This document shows positions 25,939-39,527 of a DNA stretch of 64,000 nucleotides, in pieces. Positions within the stretch are counted from its first letter, which is position 1, and the number at the start of each line of letters is the position of its first letter. Position numbers and translations under genes: made by a program. The notes beneath the pieces are model-generated. The model saw nothing but the letters and a program-made list of their open reading frames with translations. It ran no database searches and was not told the origin of the DNA. This DNA is from Nemertoderma westbladi (taxonomy: Eukaryota > Animalia > Xenacoelomorpha). The DNA lies in NCBI GenBank assembly GCA_032718475.1, contig JAUCBJ010002739.1, forward strand, positions 9,122-73,121, in the 5' to 3' direction.

Positions 25939-26664
25939 ATGAATATTCTTCCAATGACAAGAAAGGACAAAGATAAAAATGAAGAGTCTGGTGGGAATCC
26001 TTTTCAGAACATGGAGAAGAGTTCGGTACTACAGGAAGCGCGAACATTCAACGAAACCCCAATAAATCCAAAGCGATGCTGCAACACTCTTACAAAGATA
26101 CTGTACATGATCAACCAAGGGGAGAAGATAGGAACAACCGAAGCTACCGAGGCCTTCTTTGCAATGACTAAGCTCTTCCAAAGCAAGGATATAACTCTAC
26201 GTCGAATGGTATACCTAGCCATCAAGGAGATGGCCAACATATCCGAGGATGTCATCATTGTCACCAGCAGTTTGACCAAGGACATGACTGGAAAGGAGGA
26301 TAGTTTCCGAGGTCCTGCAATTCGAGCTCTTTGTCGGATTACTGACGCATCCATGGTACAATCCATCGAACGCTACATGAAACAATCCATAGTGGATAAG
26401 AACGCGGGTGTCGCTAGTTCAGCTATATCGTCGGCGTTGCAGCTGGCCCAGACCAACCCCGATCTGGTTAAACGATGGATCAACGAGGCCCAGGAGGCTG
26501 TCAACTCCGACAACTACATGGTTCAGTACCACGCTCTCGGTTTGATCTACCACATCCGGGGTTCGGATCGCCTCGCCGTCTCTAAGCTCGCCACAAAGTT
26601 GTCCCACCGCCACCAAGTACGGAGTCCCCACGCCTGCTGTCTACTCATTCGCATCGCCTTCAAG
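25939..26664 (+). CDS. COPG: Coatomer subunit gamma, exon 1
   Basis: [37 protein letters not shown] and [13 protein letters not shown] are the gamma-COP N-terminus. GT donor at 26665, phase 0. Confidence 0.95.
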
Positions 26665-26900
26665 GTTTATCTATTTAATTATTATAAGCAATACCGGTAG
26701 TTGTAATTAGAGTATAATAAAATATTATATTAAAAATATCGCTAAAAAATCACCAGTTATTTTGGTATTTATAACCAATTTTTTGGTATCTATTGTGACA
26801 TCCTCTTAAACAATAAACTACTTTACGTCGTAAAACTTGAAATTGAATAAAAATCGACATTAACAATTATTATACAATTCCACCTATTCGTATTGTTTAG

Positions 26901-27755
26901 GTATTGCAAGACGACGATGGCGATCGCAATTCCACACTGTTCGAATACATCGAGTCGTGTCTCCGTCACAAAAACGAGATGGTAATCTATGAGGCCGCAC
27001 ACGCCATCGTCAACATGCCGCGAGTGACGGGTAAGGAGCTGGCGCCGGCGGTGTCCGTCCTACAGCTGTTCTGCAGCTCACCGAAACCAACGCTGAGATT
27101 CGCCGCGGTTCGCACACTCAACAAAGTAGCCATGAGTCACCCTGCGGCGGTTACCGCGTGCAACCTAGACCTGGAGAACCTAATCACGGATAGCAACCGC
27201 AGTATCGCCACGCTGGCCATCACCACGCTACTAAAAACCGGCAGTGAAGGTTCCATTGACAGGTTGATGAAACAGATCACGAGTTTCATGGCGGATTTAT
27301 CGGATGAGTTTAAAGTCGTCGTTGTTCAATCGATTCAATCTTTGTGTATTAAATTCCCAAAGAAACACGCCGTTCTAATGAACTTTCTGGCCTCAATGTT
27401 GCGGGAAGAAGGCGGATTTGAGTACAAGAGAGCGATCGTAGACACCATGATAACCATCATAGAGGACAACCCGGACGCCAAGGACGTCGCGTTGGCCCAT
27501 CTCTGCGAGTTCATAGAGGATTGCGAGCACACGACGTTGTCCACCAAGGTGCTGCACATCCTCGGGCGCGAGGGCCCCAAGACGAGCCAACCCTCCCGGT
27601 ACATCCGGTTCATCTACAACCGCGTCATCCTGGAGAACGCCGCGGTCCGCGCCGCCGCTGTGGCCGCGTTGGCGCGCTTCGGCGCGCATTGCGAGGAGTT
27701 GCGCCCCAGTATACTGGTGCTCCTGTCTCGCTCCATGTTGGATCAGGACGACGAG
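26901..27755 (+). CDS. COPG: Coatomer subunit gamma, exon 2
   Basis: tttag acceptor ends at 26900. Motifs [34 protein letters not shown] and LCEFIEDCE. gtaatc donor at 27756, phase 0. Confidence 0.95.
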
Positions 27756-28585
27756 GTAATCCGATCTCATAGTCACAATTATTATTTAATTTTAATAACT
27801 TATTCTTTTTAATTTTATACGCGATTATTGCCAACTGACTTACGCTACCTGTTTTACTTATCACGGACTTACTTTATTGTTACTTTACTTACTTATTATT
27901 TATTTTCTATTGCTTTACAATACTATATTAGAATTAGAGTTTATATAATTACGAATTCGTAAACTTCGATTTCTTACACTATTGTAAGTTAATTGAATTG
28001 TTGTTTATGTTTATATCTCTTTTTACTCTAAAAGTTAAAAAGTATTTATTTTCCTTTATATTTCATTAGATTACATAAGGTTACTGTTATTCCGGCTTGT
28101 ATTCTATTGGACCTTCATGGAATTAATTAGTTAATTTAATATTGTGAATAGGTGAACGATTCTGATACACACGCCACAGTTGTAAAATGTTCTTATTATC
28201 TTTACGATAACGTCAATCAATGATGTTTTTTTTTTTTTTTTTTTATGATTAATGTGCCAAAGTTGTTCCAGTGACGTATTTCCTTATAACAACCAACTCA
28301 TTGCCTTTATGGTTTTACTTGCAATGTTTTCATGTAACTCATTCATTTTAAAATAGCAGAAATTTATTACAAAACCAAAATATATATGGCAGCAATTAAT
28401 GCAAACCGGTGTTAATTAGCAAAGTCTTTAAAATCATTATAAATATATTTATTGAATAAAGCCATGGTACTGGCACTTAATAAAATCAAATAAAACGTTT
28501 GTGTAAAAGGAGGCGAAAGTAGAAGATGAGAGCTGGTTATTATAATTATATCTAATGGTTTCATTCATGTGATGTCTAATTACAG

Positions 28586-29635
28586 GTGAGGGACAGAGCG
28601 ACAACCTATTACAACATCCTCAACAAGGACAACCCGAGTCTGTACAACCAGATTATACTGGGGAGTCTGAACGTCTCTATAGTCGGGTTGGAACGGGCGC
28701 TGCACGCGTACACACTGGAGCCGGGAGACAAACCCTTCGATATGCGGACCGTCCCCATAGCGGTGGAGACCCGCGAACCCGCGGCGCCGGCGCCCGGGGC
28801 TGTACCCGCGGCCGGGGGATCGGAGGCCCAGGTGGTGGCCACCCAGCAGGACGTCTACGCCGAGCAGCTGGCGGGGGTCCCCGGCCTCTCGGGGTTGGGC
28901 CCGCTGTTTAAGAGCTCGGAGCGGAGTCAGCTGACCGAGGCGGAGACCGAGTACACGGTGCAGTGCGTTAAACACACCTACAAGCAGCACGTGGTGCTGC
29001 AGTTCGACTGCACCAACACCCTAAACGATCAAATGCTGGAGAATGTTACCGTAGCGGTTGACACAGAGGAAGAAGGTTGGCGTGTCCTCGGGGTCGTCGC
29101 CTGTCCGGTTCTCTCGTACAACAAACCCGCGAGTACCTACACGATCCTCGCGATCTCCGAGAGCGAGTTCACCGCCACCTTCACGTGCACCCTGAAGTTC
29201 CTCGTTCGGGACTGCGATCCGACCACGGGGGAGCCCGACGACGACGGTTACAACGACGAGTACCCGCTCGACGACGTCTTCCTCGGGATCTACGACCACA
29301 TGCAGCGCGCGACGAAGCCCCACTTCCTGGGCGCGTGGGAGCAGCTGGGCGAGCGGAACGAGTGCGAGGACACCTACGTTATCGGTCACGTAAAGAGTTT
29401 AACCGAGGCGGTTAAGAACATCGTTAGCTTCCTCGGGATGCAGCCGTGCGAGCGGACGGATAAGGTGCCCGAAGGTCGCTCCTCCCACACTCTCCTATTG
29501 GCCGGCCAGTTCCGGGGCGGTGTCGACGTGATGATGAGGGCCAAGTTGGCCCTGTCGGACGGCGTCACCATGCAGATAACGGTGAGGAGCACCGAGCCAG
29601 CTGTTAGCGCTATCATAGCCGGGAGTATCGGGTGA
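28586..29635 (+). CDS. COPG: Coatomer subunit gamma, exon 3 (appendage domain)
   Basis: tacag acceptor ends at 28585 and rebuilds DDE|VRDRAT. Motifs LTEAETEY, LQFDCTNTLNDQ and DCDPTTGEPD. Spliced total is 876 aa. Confidence 0.95.
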   Translation: MRDRATTYYNILNKDNPSLYNQIILGSLNVSIVGLERALHAYTLEPGDKPFDMRTVPIAVETREPAAPAPGAVPAAGGSEAQVVATQQDVYAEQLAGVPGLSGLGPLFKSSERSQLTEAETEYTVQCVKHTYKQHVVLQFDCTNTLNDQMLENVTVAVDTEEEGWRVLGVVACPVLSYNKPASTYTILAISESEFTATFTCTLKFLVRDCDPTTGEPDDDGYNDEYPLDDVFLGIYDHMQRATKPHFLGAWEQLGERNECEDTYVIGHVKSLTEAVKNIVSFLGMQPCERTDKVPEGRSSHTLLLAGQFRGGVDVMMRAKLALSDGVTMQITVRSTEPAVSAIIAGSIG

Positions 29636-30694
29636 CGTAGCAACCGATACTTAAACTTATACTGCTGGGTTAACTTCTACCTTGAGATATACTTGTGGTG
29701 CGATATGGGTCTGGTTCACTGGTTGGATATAAGCGTAAGGGTGAGGGACTAGGGAAGATACAGTTTCTAATTATAAACAACATGGATTTGGTTTCCCTTT
29801 GGATTTTGACCTTCCATTCAGTCGAACTGTTAGCAATCTGTAATAGGTTTGGGAATATTGGGGCCCCGAATGTGGAGACGATAAAGGGATCGGTTTGGGG
29901 ATCAGTTCTTCACTTTATAGAATGTTGAACCTTCATCTGTAATAGCCTATGTCGTTTTTTTCAGATAGTGGCGCACATTGGCCGGAAGTGAAATAATGAT
30001 AGTTTATTGTTTTGGTTAGAAAACACAGCCTCTGTAACCTGCTCCTTTCCGTTTTTAATTAAATTTAGTTAATTTTTCAAACCCACTAAAATTTATTTTG
30101 TGTTTGCGGTCATTTTGCGCCATTGACTCAGTTTTGTTGCTAATTGCTGAAGGCGTACCGAGCTTGGTTTAATGTTTTGGTCAATGGTCTGGTCAAGTCC
30201 CCCCCCCCCCCCGACACTTATTAATATAATTGATTATTGTTTATGATTCCTGATTACTGGATAATTGTTATGATTTTAATTCGTTTGGTTCCGTCATTTA
30301 CTAGGATAAATTTATAAAATGATCGCTGATCCCCAAATTTATAAAACTTTTTCCTGAATAAACAACATTGTACTTTATACAGTAATACACCGAAAATATT
30401 TGAGTCACTGCGGAGAGTGGAGAGTAATACACATTAATACATTAACAGCAAGATTTACTCAGCTATTAAATTCTATTAGATCACAAAATTATTTCAAATT
30501 GCCTCATAACGATTGTTTATTGTTTCCTATTTGTTTTGGTGCCGCAGTAGTAGGTAGCTGGATAATACAGGTACCGCTGTAGGTCTTGTTCCGATAGCTG
30601 ATACTTATTATTATTTAAATTAATTTGGTTTTGGTTCCTCCCGGACCTTCAAATTAAGTTAATTAAATTATTTGGCAAATAGAAATGGAAACTT

Positions 30695-32115
30695 CACTTA
30701 TCGGTACACTAAAAACTATTGAGGGAAATACCAGCAACCACTTATCGGTACACTAAAAACTATTGAGGGAAATACCAACAACCACTTATCGGTACACTAA
30801 AAACTATTGAGGGAAATACTAGCAACCACTTATCGGTACACTAAAAACTATTGAGGGAAATACCAACAACCACTTATCGGTACACTAAAAACTATTGAGG
30901 GAAATACCAACAACCACTTATCGGTACACTAAAAACTATTGAGGGAAATACCAACAACCACTTATCGGTACACTAAAAACTATTGAGGGAAATACCAACA
31001 ACCACTTATCGGTACACTAAAAACTATTGAGGGAAATACCAACAACCACTTATCGGTACACTAAAAACTATTGAGGGAAATACCAACAACCACTTATCGG
31101 TACACTAAAAACTATTGAGGGAAATACCAACAACCACTTATCGGTACACTAAAAACTATTGAGGGAAATACCAACAACCACTTATCGGTACACTAAAAAC
31201 TATTGAGGGAAATACCAACAACCACTTATCGGTACACTAAAAACTATTGAGGGAAATACCAACAACCACTTATCGGTACACTAAAAACTATTGAGGGAAA
31301 TACCAACAACCACTTATCGGTACACTAAAAACTATTGAGGGAAATACCAACAACCACTTATCGGTACACTAAAAACTATTGAGGGAAATACCAACAACCA
31401 CTTATCGGTACACTAAAAACTATTGAGGGAAATACCAACAACCACTTATCGGTACACTAAAAACTATTGAGGGAAATACCAACAACCACTTATCGGTACA
31501 CTAAAAACTATTGAGGGAAATACCAACAACCACTTATCGGTACACTAAAAACTATTGAGGGAAATACCAACAACCACTTATCGGTACACTAAAAACTATT
31601 GAGGGAAATACCAACAACCACTTATCGGTACACTAAAAACTATTGAGGGAAATACCAACAACCACTTATCGGTACACTAAAAACTATTGAGGGAAATACC
31701 AACAACCACTTATCGGTACACTAAAAACTATTGAGGGAAATACCAGCAACCACTTATCGGTACACTAAAAACTATTGAGGGAAATACCAACAACCACTTA
31801 TCGGTACACTAAAAACTATTGAGGGAAATACCAACAACCACTTATCGGTACACTAAAAACTATTGAGGGAAATACCAACAACCACTTATCGGTACACTAA
31901 AAACTATTGAGGGAAATACCAACAACCACTTATCGGTACACTAAAAGCTATTGAGGGAAATACCAACAACCACTTATCGGTACACTAAAAACTATTGAGG
32001 GAAATACCAACAACCACTTATCGGTACACTAAAAGCTATTGAGGGAAATACCAACAACCACTTATCGGTACACTAAAAACTATTGAGGGAAATACCAACA
32101 ACCACTTATCGGTAC
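30695..32115. repeat. 44-bp satellite (CTTATCGGTACACTAAAAACTATTGAGGGAAATACCAACAACCA), about 32 copies
   Basis: Nearly invariant head-to-tail units with period 44. Confidence 0.97.
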
Positions 32116-34139
32116 TACTACTACTAGGTTGAGCGAACTCGGACAGTGAAAATGAGATCCTTCCAAGCTTCCCGATTCTCCATAGTTGTCGCAATTTCGT
32201 TTCTCCTAAGTTCAGTATCCCTTTCAAGTTGATCTATATATGTTATGGCCGGTCGTCCACGACTACGCTTTCCATGAGTTGGTTGCCAGAAAAGTAGATC
32301 TGGTATGACCTCGTCTTTACTTCGCCAGCAGTGCCCACTGAATCTTAATCTGCGTTCACGGAGGGTGGTTGATACAGGTGGTATTGTACCATAAAGCTCG
32401 GCGTTTGTCATGTGTTGTCTCCAGCTGATGTTTAGGGCTGCCCTTAGTAGTCTTGTGTAGCAACCATCAATTCGTTGTTCAAGTGATTTAGTCAGTGTCC
32501 AGGTCTCACCCCCATATAAAAATACACTTTCCACTGTGGCTCGAAAGAACTTAGTCTTCAGGTGCCTGGGGAGATCTGATTTCCAGATGGTATCCATTTT
32601 TGATAGAGCTACCCAAGCCTTTGCTTTCCTAACTTCTATGCCCTTTTTGCTACTCTCTATCCATGATCCAAGGTACTGGAAGTCATCGACCTTCCTTAGT
32701 TGATTATTATCAATGGTTGTCAAGTTTCCATCAACATTAAAGGTCATGAATTCGGTCTTTGTAGCATTTATATGCAATCCAACCTCCTTAGCAGCCCTCT
32801 CCACTTTATTTAGTAGAAGCTGTGCATCTGCTAGGGTATTAGAGAGCAGGGCGATGTCATCCGCAAAGTCGGTGTCTGTGACTGTAGTTGCCGGATATCT
32901 ACTACTTCTGCGTTCTTGAAGTGTGAATGCCAGGTCTTCACCCTTTGTGGCCGTCCTCATTGCGTAATCCAGCACAATTACAAATAGTAATGGTGCTAAT
33001 GTGTCACCTTGCAGTACGCCAGCCAGGATTGAGAAAAACTCAGTTTCACCATCTGGTGAGAGTACCTGCGCTTCTGTGTCACAATATAACAATCCAATGC
33101 CAGCAACAATTACTTCTGGTATTCCATAAGCTCTTAGGATTTCAAGCATTTTACCTCTATGGCTGGAGTCGAATGCCTTCTTGAAGTCCACAAAAGTCAT
33201 GACAGCGGGGAGATTCTTTGACTTAATTCCTTCAATCAGTCTCCGTAGTGCAAGTATCTGAGCTATTGTTGATCTACTTGGTCGAAATCCATTTTGGCTC
33301 TTACGCAGTAGTTTCTCTATGTGAGGCCTAATCCTATATAGAATCATTTTATTGTATATTTTGGCAGCTACCACAAGCAGACAGATCCCACGATAGTTTG
33401 TTGGTATGCCGAGGTCTCCTTTCTTGGGGAGAGGCTTTAGTTGACCTTTAGTCCAAATTGGTGGTGGCTTTTCCCCTTTTAACATCCGGTTGCAAACATT
33501 CAATAATGGTCTGTTTAGCACTCCAGTTTTCCATACCTCCGCTGGGATTTCATCTAATCCACTCGCTTTATTATTGGACATGCTTTTAATGCTTCTTTGG
33601 AGTTCGGCAGGTGTGAAGTCCCCTGTTTCTATAGGTAGTGTCTTGTCATATATTTTCCTTGTAGGGCTGACCTCGATGTTTGGTGGCTGCCCAAGCAAGT
33701 TGCTGAAGTGATTTTTCCACTTCCCAATAAGGTTCTTCAGGACTATCGGCTTTGAGGCGCCCCTTTGCACAACTTTTCCGACCAGATACCTCATTTACAG
33801 TTTGTCAGGTAAGTCTTGATTCTTGCTGTATGTGAGCAGTTGTAATTGCTTCAGTTTTATCCTGTATGTACTTTTCCTGGCTGATGTTGTAGGCCAATTT
33901 AAGATCGTCCTTAGCTTTCTCAACCTTGTTAATGTTTTCGGTTGTTGGTTGTTCGGTTTTAACGTTGAAGGCTATCTTAAGATCTTCTCTCTTACAAGTT
34001 ACCTCAGAGTTTTGCCATGGCACATATTGTTTTCGTTTGGGTTTCTGGGGGATATGCCTCTTAGCTGATTCCTTGTGGGCTGTTATTATATTCTGGTATA
34101 TTGAATTGGTGGATTGGTCTTCATCCATTGACTGAAGTG
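32116..34139 (-). mobile_element. 5'-truncated RTE-clade LINE inserted in the 44-bp satellite, 12-bp TSD
   Basis: RT motifs NYRGICL, QNGFR, FVDFKKAFDS, GVLQGDTLAP, FADD and YLGS in ORF 32124-33794. (TAG)n tail. ACTTATCGGTAC at 32104-32115 and 34140-34151. Confidence 0.93.
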
Positions 34140-34427
34140 ACTTATCGGTACACTAAAAACTATTGAGGGAAATACCAACAACCACTTATCGGTACACTAA
34201 AAACTATTGAGGGAAATACCAGCAACCACTTATCGGTACACTAAAAACTATTGAGGGAAATACCAGCAACCACTTATCGGTACACTAAAAACTATTGAGG
34301 GAATTACCAACAACCACTTATCGGTACAACTAAAAACTATTGAGGGAAATACCTACAACCACTTATCGGTACACTAAAAACTATTGAGGGAAATACCAGC
34401 AACCACTTATCGGTACACTAAAAACTA
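34140..34427. repeat. Continuation of the 44-bp satellite, about 6.5 copies
   Basis: Same unit resumes after the LINE. Confidence 0.95.
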
Positions 34428-35575
34428 CAAAAAACTGAAATCCAAACTGAATGAAAGCTGAATCCAAAATGAAATTCAGAACTGAATTAGGAGGTGATGG
34501 CAAACTGAAGTTGTCAGTCTATAATTTCATTGTTCAACACAAGAGTTGGTTTATTTATTGTCACTGATTGACTATTTATTACATTTGCCTATTTATTATT
34601 CATTAAAATGTTAAAATTAGTATTCCATATATTTATGATTATATATATTTCAGTTTACCTGAAAGTCACATGATAAATCTTATTGCCCTTTCTCTAATTA
34701 ATTATTGAATTTTCGTTGGGAACATGTTAGAAGAATCTGCATTCCAGTGGGGTCGAACTGGTGACTTCCAGATTGAACATCAGCCCTGTAATCATTCCGA
34801 TAGCTGTTCACATATACCACATGGTGTGCTCGCAGCCACTAAGATCGGGCATGTTCAGCCAGAATGAATCTGAAGTTAATAATACAATCTATAACCATCA
34901 CGGCCACTTTATTATTACTTCTTTATTTGTATGTATGATTATTAATAATTAATAATAATAATTCATATCATAATACATACAGTCAATCTACAAATTTCAG
35001 ACACATGGGTACACGAAAGGGTCTGTTTTAAAATAAATTCTAGTGAGGGAACAACCTGAATATTTTCCGCATTCGAAAGGGAAATCAGTCTGAGGAAAAA
35101 TGCGGTTCAAGGTAATACAGTACTGTAATATAATTCCAACCCTTTTCAAAAAATGGCAGCGGTTTTTATTATATTTTTTTACAGGCTAGAGTAGAATCCC
35201 CCCCCCCCCCCCCCCCCCCCCCCGGTAGTTAGACCTGGTAGCTCAGTGATGAAGGTTGAGAGGAACTGTTCTTGATTCGAGCCCCAATATTAATATTGAC
35301 GACTTTGAAATAAAGGGTTCGAGCTTCGAGCCCAATATTGACGGTTGGTCGGATCACAATATTGTTGAAATAGTCATTGAAATGTGATACTTTATGAAAT
35401 CTAATACCTGTATTTTAATTTGTTCAGAAAACAATAAATTTACAATTCTATAAATTAATTAATAAAATGAGATAAATGTACAAATATTCTACTTATACAT
35501 TACAAAAGAAAATATTGTCGGACGTATGGTATGTACAGTAGATGAGTTTGTGTAACTGCAGAAATCTAAAATGCT

Positions 35576-35992
35576 CTACCTGTCCCTATCACATATATCT
35601 TTATCCAATACATCGGGTGGTATCTCCAGCTTGTTACGGCAATCTCGTCGGTACATCAGATCCGGTTGATATCGGCTTCGCGAATCTGCGATGCCCGGAC
35701 GTAAGGCCTCGTACCGCGTCACGATGTACGGCCTCTTCCCATCAACGCGTTCTCGCCACTCAACCTCGTTAAGTCGCTCGCGTTTACGGAGGAACACGGA
35801 CTCATCGTGAGGCCCGCGCGCGTTCGGTAGGTTGACCAAGTCGCAGTTCTTTAGCGTCAACTCGCGGTTCTTATATCGCATGTCGTTCTTCCATGCAGGT
35901 ACGTACAGTTTCGGTATCACCGGATGATGGTGAGAAAATTTGGGCTGCACCCTGTAAGAATTACTCTCTCGGTCGTTTCTGATTCCCGCCAT
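35576..35992 (-). CDS. Putative single-exon 138-aa protein of unknown function
   Basis: ATG-to-stop ORF that coincides with a GC-rich island in very AT-rich flanks. Ordinary globular-like composition and no transposon motifs. Confidence 0.6.
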   Translation of the reverse strand: MAGIRNDRESNSYRVQPKFSHHHPVIPKLYVPAWKNDMRYKNRELTLKNCDLVNLPNARGPHDESVFLRKRERLNEVEWRERVDGKRPYIVTRYEALRPGIADSRSRYQPDLMYRRDCRNKLEIPPDVLDKDICDRDR

Positions 35993-37539
35993 AGCAAAGT
36001 GTCGGTTTATCTACTTTCCGTAATTATGATTCAGTTTTTTATTCGTTTACGCCTATTTATAAAATAATATTGATTCGAAATTAAAATGTATGTTGCTAAT
36101 GGGTGAAAAGAAGAATAGACCTAGCTAAAATATTGAATTTAAATTATCAATTCTGTACATCCGTCCAAATTCTCAGAAACTAGACGGTAAAATGTGTACG
36201 TGGTGTAAGCAGGTGTCTATTCACTACCGGTATGTAGTCAGACATCTGACAGTTGAATTATGATTATAATTATTACTATGTTCATGTGTTGCCAGGCAAC
36301 GCGGCTGTAATAGCTACATTATGCTTAAATCGGGAGATAACGTATCCTAATCGGTGTGTGGAGGGTAAAAAATACACTTAAATGATAAAGACCGAATCAA
36401 CTCTGTTAGCCTATCTTCATTTTGTGGCTATCTCATAAAATGAATGCATCAATTAAACTTAATCTTTTTGAAACAATGATCTTATCTTGAAACAACACTC
36501 GCCATCCTGGCATTACGATTTCTAAACTGTTTTAAAACTTGTTGAACTGTTTCAAATATGGTGCTCAATTGGACAATTAGAGATGTTCATAATAATACAA
36601 CCCGATATTATAGTATATTACGTCTTTGTATTTGTAGGCATAATTAATTGTACACATAAATTCGACCGAAAAGTGAAAACCTGATATTCTTCAAATGGGC
36701 GAACTTAAGACTACTTGTAAGACTTACTTAGTTGTCTAAATGGGAGAGAAAGTGAAGTCGGGGATACTGTAGGTTGAACTGGTTAGAGCTACTGATCCTG
36801 TTTCCATTTCTGAACAAAATCATATTTAGCAACTAGAAACGCAACGCAGGCGTTGCGGTAAGGAACCCTTTTCACCGAGTTAGGAAGACCCTGAAATTGG
36901 TACGATTTTTTTTGTATATTTTCGGTTTGTTTACCGTCGATTAGATCAACATTTCGGAGATCTGTAGTGGAATTATAACCCGACATCGCCACACCTTTAT
37001 TGGGGTGTATGTGTATGTGTGTGGATGTGGATATGTTTGTGGTTCCACTATAGCACTTCAGGACTCCAACCTATTCGAACGTCTCGTAGTATATAAATAA
37101 ACGTACGTGTAGCGTCGCGCAGCACGAGCGGCTGCTTACTCGAGAACGAGTAACCCGAGTACTTGACTCGTGCAGCACGAATGCCCCAAGAAAATTTTCA
37201 AAATATTAGAACTTTCTCTAGTAGGTTCATTCCATTCAAATTAGGTTAAAATTGAGTAAAGGCTTCAAAACGATTGAATTTTCTATTACAGACAGACGGA
37301 CAGACAAACTAATTTTTGAAAATGATTTTGTTTGAAAAAAATGTTTGTTTAAAACTAATGATATTAGGCCGTAATACTAATTGAAATTGTGCACTAGTAC
37401 TGTAGCTTCACTCACTAATCGTGGCTCGTTCCACAGTATATTAATTTAATACAACGTACGATGTTTCCCATAGTTCCATCTAATTTTTGTTATTGGGTTA
37501 TTTAATACGCATGACCATTCAGTTTGACAAAACATTAAC

Positions 37540-38163
37540 TTTTGTTACATAATGTCAACTTAACAGCGTTCTGCTGAATTATCGGTTGAAAGTTTTAGCA
37601 AAGTACAGTACTACTGTACTTTGCAGCGTTGCGGCCGGTAGGACGGAACGCTGCAAAGTAATTAATGACATGGAAACAACTTCAATTACCGTATTCCAGA
37701 ATGTATTATTTCCATTTATGTTAATGAGTGCTGCTTTATTATCCAGTTTGCAGTGACGGGACTAGCTAGGACCTACAACTGAATGTAAATAATTGTTTAA
37801 CGTCAACGTTACCGTAAACGTTAACGTAAAATCCATTATGGCGAAACGTCCACTAGAAGACACTAAAATGACCACCAAAGAAAATGGCGACAGTGTTCAG
37901 TAAAATTGAACGGAGACAGACGGTGACTAAGTTAGCTTCAGTCGACTATTATAGTCAAGATGGATTAATGATTTATCACATCAGGCAGGAGATAACTTCC
38001 AATAAACTTTAATTAGATTTAAATTTATAATTAATACTGTGTACCTGTTAATAAATTTAACTTATATTAGGCCTATAGTACATGATTAAAATGTATAATT
38101 GAGTATCCATAAAATCCTTTCTTCACATACCGAACGCTGATAAGTTGACATAATGTAACAAAA
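37540..38163. mobile_element. MITE-like element with ~32-bp TIRs
   Basis: TTTTGTTACATAATGTCAACTTAACAGCGTTC at the left end and GAACGCTGATAAGTTGACATAATGTAACAAAA at the right end. Internal 14-bp-stem hairpin at ~37617-37660. Confidence 0.65.
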
Positions 38164-38314
38164 TTACATATATCATTGCTTGCAAAGGTCACTTTTCAGC
38201 GTTTGTTTGTAATACTTACCCCGTCAGCTGATAGCTCTTCCCAGTGAATCCTATGGGAATATCTACATGGTTACTCACTGTACTATGTTAGGTGGCAGGC
38301 CAGCTGTATTAAGT

Positions 38315-38810
38315 TTGCACATCTCCTATCGACGCCATTCTTCACATTAGTGAATAATTTTTTCATATCATTAGAAAGCTTGCGTTGTAAGGATTCCAAA
38401 TACTTACTGTATGTAACAATATCTGAATTTTGTTGAGAAACAGCTGAGGATATAGGCGTTCAAAGATTTCAAGAATTATTGTTCGCTGCAGGCCATTTAT
38501 TTTTTTTAATAAATACACAAAAATCTAGAACGTGTTATTAATTTTATGAGTAGGTGGGAAACATCGATATGCCATATGCAATATCTCTATCCCGTACATA
38601 TTCATACATAAACAAAATGTTCAAGAACATTGTGTATTTATTAAATAGAATAAATGGCCTTCAGCGAACAATAATTATGGCAATCTTTGAACGCCTACAG
38701 TATATCTCAGCTGTTTCTCAACGAATTTTTTGAAATAGCTTGCAACGCAAGCTTTCTAATGATATGATTCTTCACTAATGAGAAGATGGCGATGATATGA
38801 GATGTGCAAT
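38315..38810. mobile_element. Foldback or MITE-like inverted repeat (~190-bp arms, ~110-bp spacer)
   Basis: 38315-38520 is the degenerate reverse complement of 38630-38810. Confidence 0.75.
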
Positions 38811-39527
38811 TTCGCAAAAGACACTTTATTAAAACGCTTAGAAAACAATTAGAGGCAAAATCGAAAATTCCGGCTTCATTGGGACATCGACGGTGAGTAT
38901 ACTGTAACTACTGTAGTTGACATTTTGAAGATCACCAATTCAAAAAAGAAAATTTAACATCAATAATTTTAGGTCATAAATGTTGACTATATTGGAATGA
39001 TACCATTTATGTCATCGTTACAGTATATCATATCCAAACTGTATATCAAAATGTTTGAGAATTTTATTGATATCATCATGTTCATAGGGGGACCGGAATA
39101 TACAGTATGTAAGTAGGCCCTATAGATTAATATAGGTGAGTCCGGTTTTTAGCACGTACCGTGGCCATATATTCTCATTTTTTTACCTTACCGTTACTGC
39201 AGTCTATGAGACTCTCCAACGCAACTCTACTGTACAGTATATTATATAATTTTGGCTTGGGCCTTTCTGTACTGTACGTTTTTTACTTTAAGTATGTGTA
39301 ACTATAAATGTCAAGCCGTATACAGTTATTGAGCCACTGTATATTGTACAGTATAATTATCTACACCATAACTCCCCTCACCATAAGGCGACACTGTAAC
39401 TGTTACCTTAAATTTTAATATACTTTTCATCGTTCTAGATATTTTTAACTCATTTTAACTCTGATTTTAACCCCGACCTTAGGTTATTTAGTACATTTTT
39501 AACATTGACTACATAATGTTTGCCAAC

